A DNA stretch of 64,000 nt from Ostrea edulis. Its lineage: Eukaryota. Below, piece after piece: positions 63,092 through 64,000 of the stretch. Where the stretch lies: contig NC_079167.1 of NCBI RefSeq assembly GCF_947568905.1, positions 57,164,001-57,228,000 of the forward strand, given 5' to 3'. The position numbers and the translations under genes were made by a program. The first letter of the stretch is position 1. Each line of letters starts with the position of its first letter. The notes beneath the pieces are model-generated. The model was not told the origin of the DNA and searched no databases. It worked only from the letters and a program-made list of their open reading frames with translations.

Positions 63092-64000
63092 CTGAAAGAA
63101 AAAAAAAAGTGTTTTTCTGTCAGCATTATCAGTAATAGCAATTAGATAAACCTCTATCTATGCCAGCAAATTAATGACCTCCACATCTATTCAGCAACAT
63201 CGCATTTACAACCCACATAGCTAGAGCATCAAACAAGTTTGTTTACATGGGCTATTTATAGTACTGTAAACAATGCATACAATATCCTAACCAAATGTTC
63301 TACAGATAAGATTAGTTTTTCATATTTAAAAAAAAAGATGTGGAGCACATGTATGTACTTTTGACATGTCATGTTTTGTAGTTATCAATCTGTAACACAT
63401 TTACCTGGATATTATTATTACATCCTAATTCATAACATTAGTCACAACATTCAGCAAAACATTAGTTACCTTTAGTTTTTTATTTAATTTACAACAATAT
63501 CTGTATAGCTGTGCCAAATTCAGTGGTCCAAAGTCTGCATAGAAACTGAAACAAAAACAGAGACTTTCTGAAAAACTTGAAAATCCTTGACCTGAAAATA
63601 ATTACTTACATTAGCATAAACTTTTCGGTCAGTGATGAAATATCTAGGTCACAAGAAATTTGTAAACAAGAGACTACATACAAACCACTTTTGTGATTTT
63701 TCAAGTGACTTATTTGTTGATTACACAGATAAGATGACAATAATTGTATTTGAGCATTACATAACAAATGTGAAACTCCTTGAGCTTATAATAGTGTTTG
63801 GTTAATAATTCATGGTTGGTGTAAAAATAGCTCTCAACCGGATATCAATACACAGTTTATAAATTAATAATCCTTATTTCAAATAAAGCAAAGATGGCCA
63901 AAAAGTTTATCGCAAGAAATATGTAAATTGTATAAACTGAAAGCAAGCCAAAGTGTGTAGAGTGTTTTTGGCACAATGCCAAACTTCAATATTCAATACT

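Overview
AT-rich eukaryotic genomic DNA with spliced genes, most likely from an ostreid oyster. That guess rests on the 166-bp HindIII-type satellite monomer and the repeat families, and is not verified. There are no prokaryotic features and no CRISPR. From left to right: (1) the 5' three coding exons of PPM1G (minus strand, runs off the left edge); (2) head-to-head with it, a complete 14-exon NRBP pseudokinase gene (3990-27588, reconstructed 497 aa) containing a GC-AG intron, a 7-copy 59-bp tandem amplification of exon 12 plus its splice donor, and an intronic NAA30 processed pseudogene; (3) a tandem pair of intronless single-pass membrane protein ORFs (170 and 121 aa) with KCNE/MiRP-like architecture; (4) a TE-dense interval and a 33/43-bp minisatellite; (5) the 3' part of a CDC14 phosphatase gene (minus strand, 5' exons beyond the right edge) whose last exon is open in two frames. 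Introns are filled with Helentron-associated (HINE-like) elements, MITEs, TTAA-flanked Kolobok-like elements, SINE and LINE remnants. Exon structures were reconstructed by hand from splice consensus, phase continuity and remembered vertebrate homologues; no database search was run.
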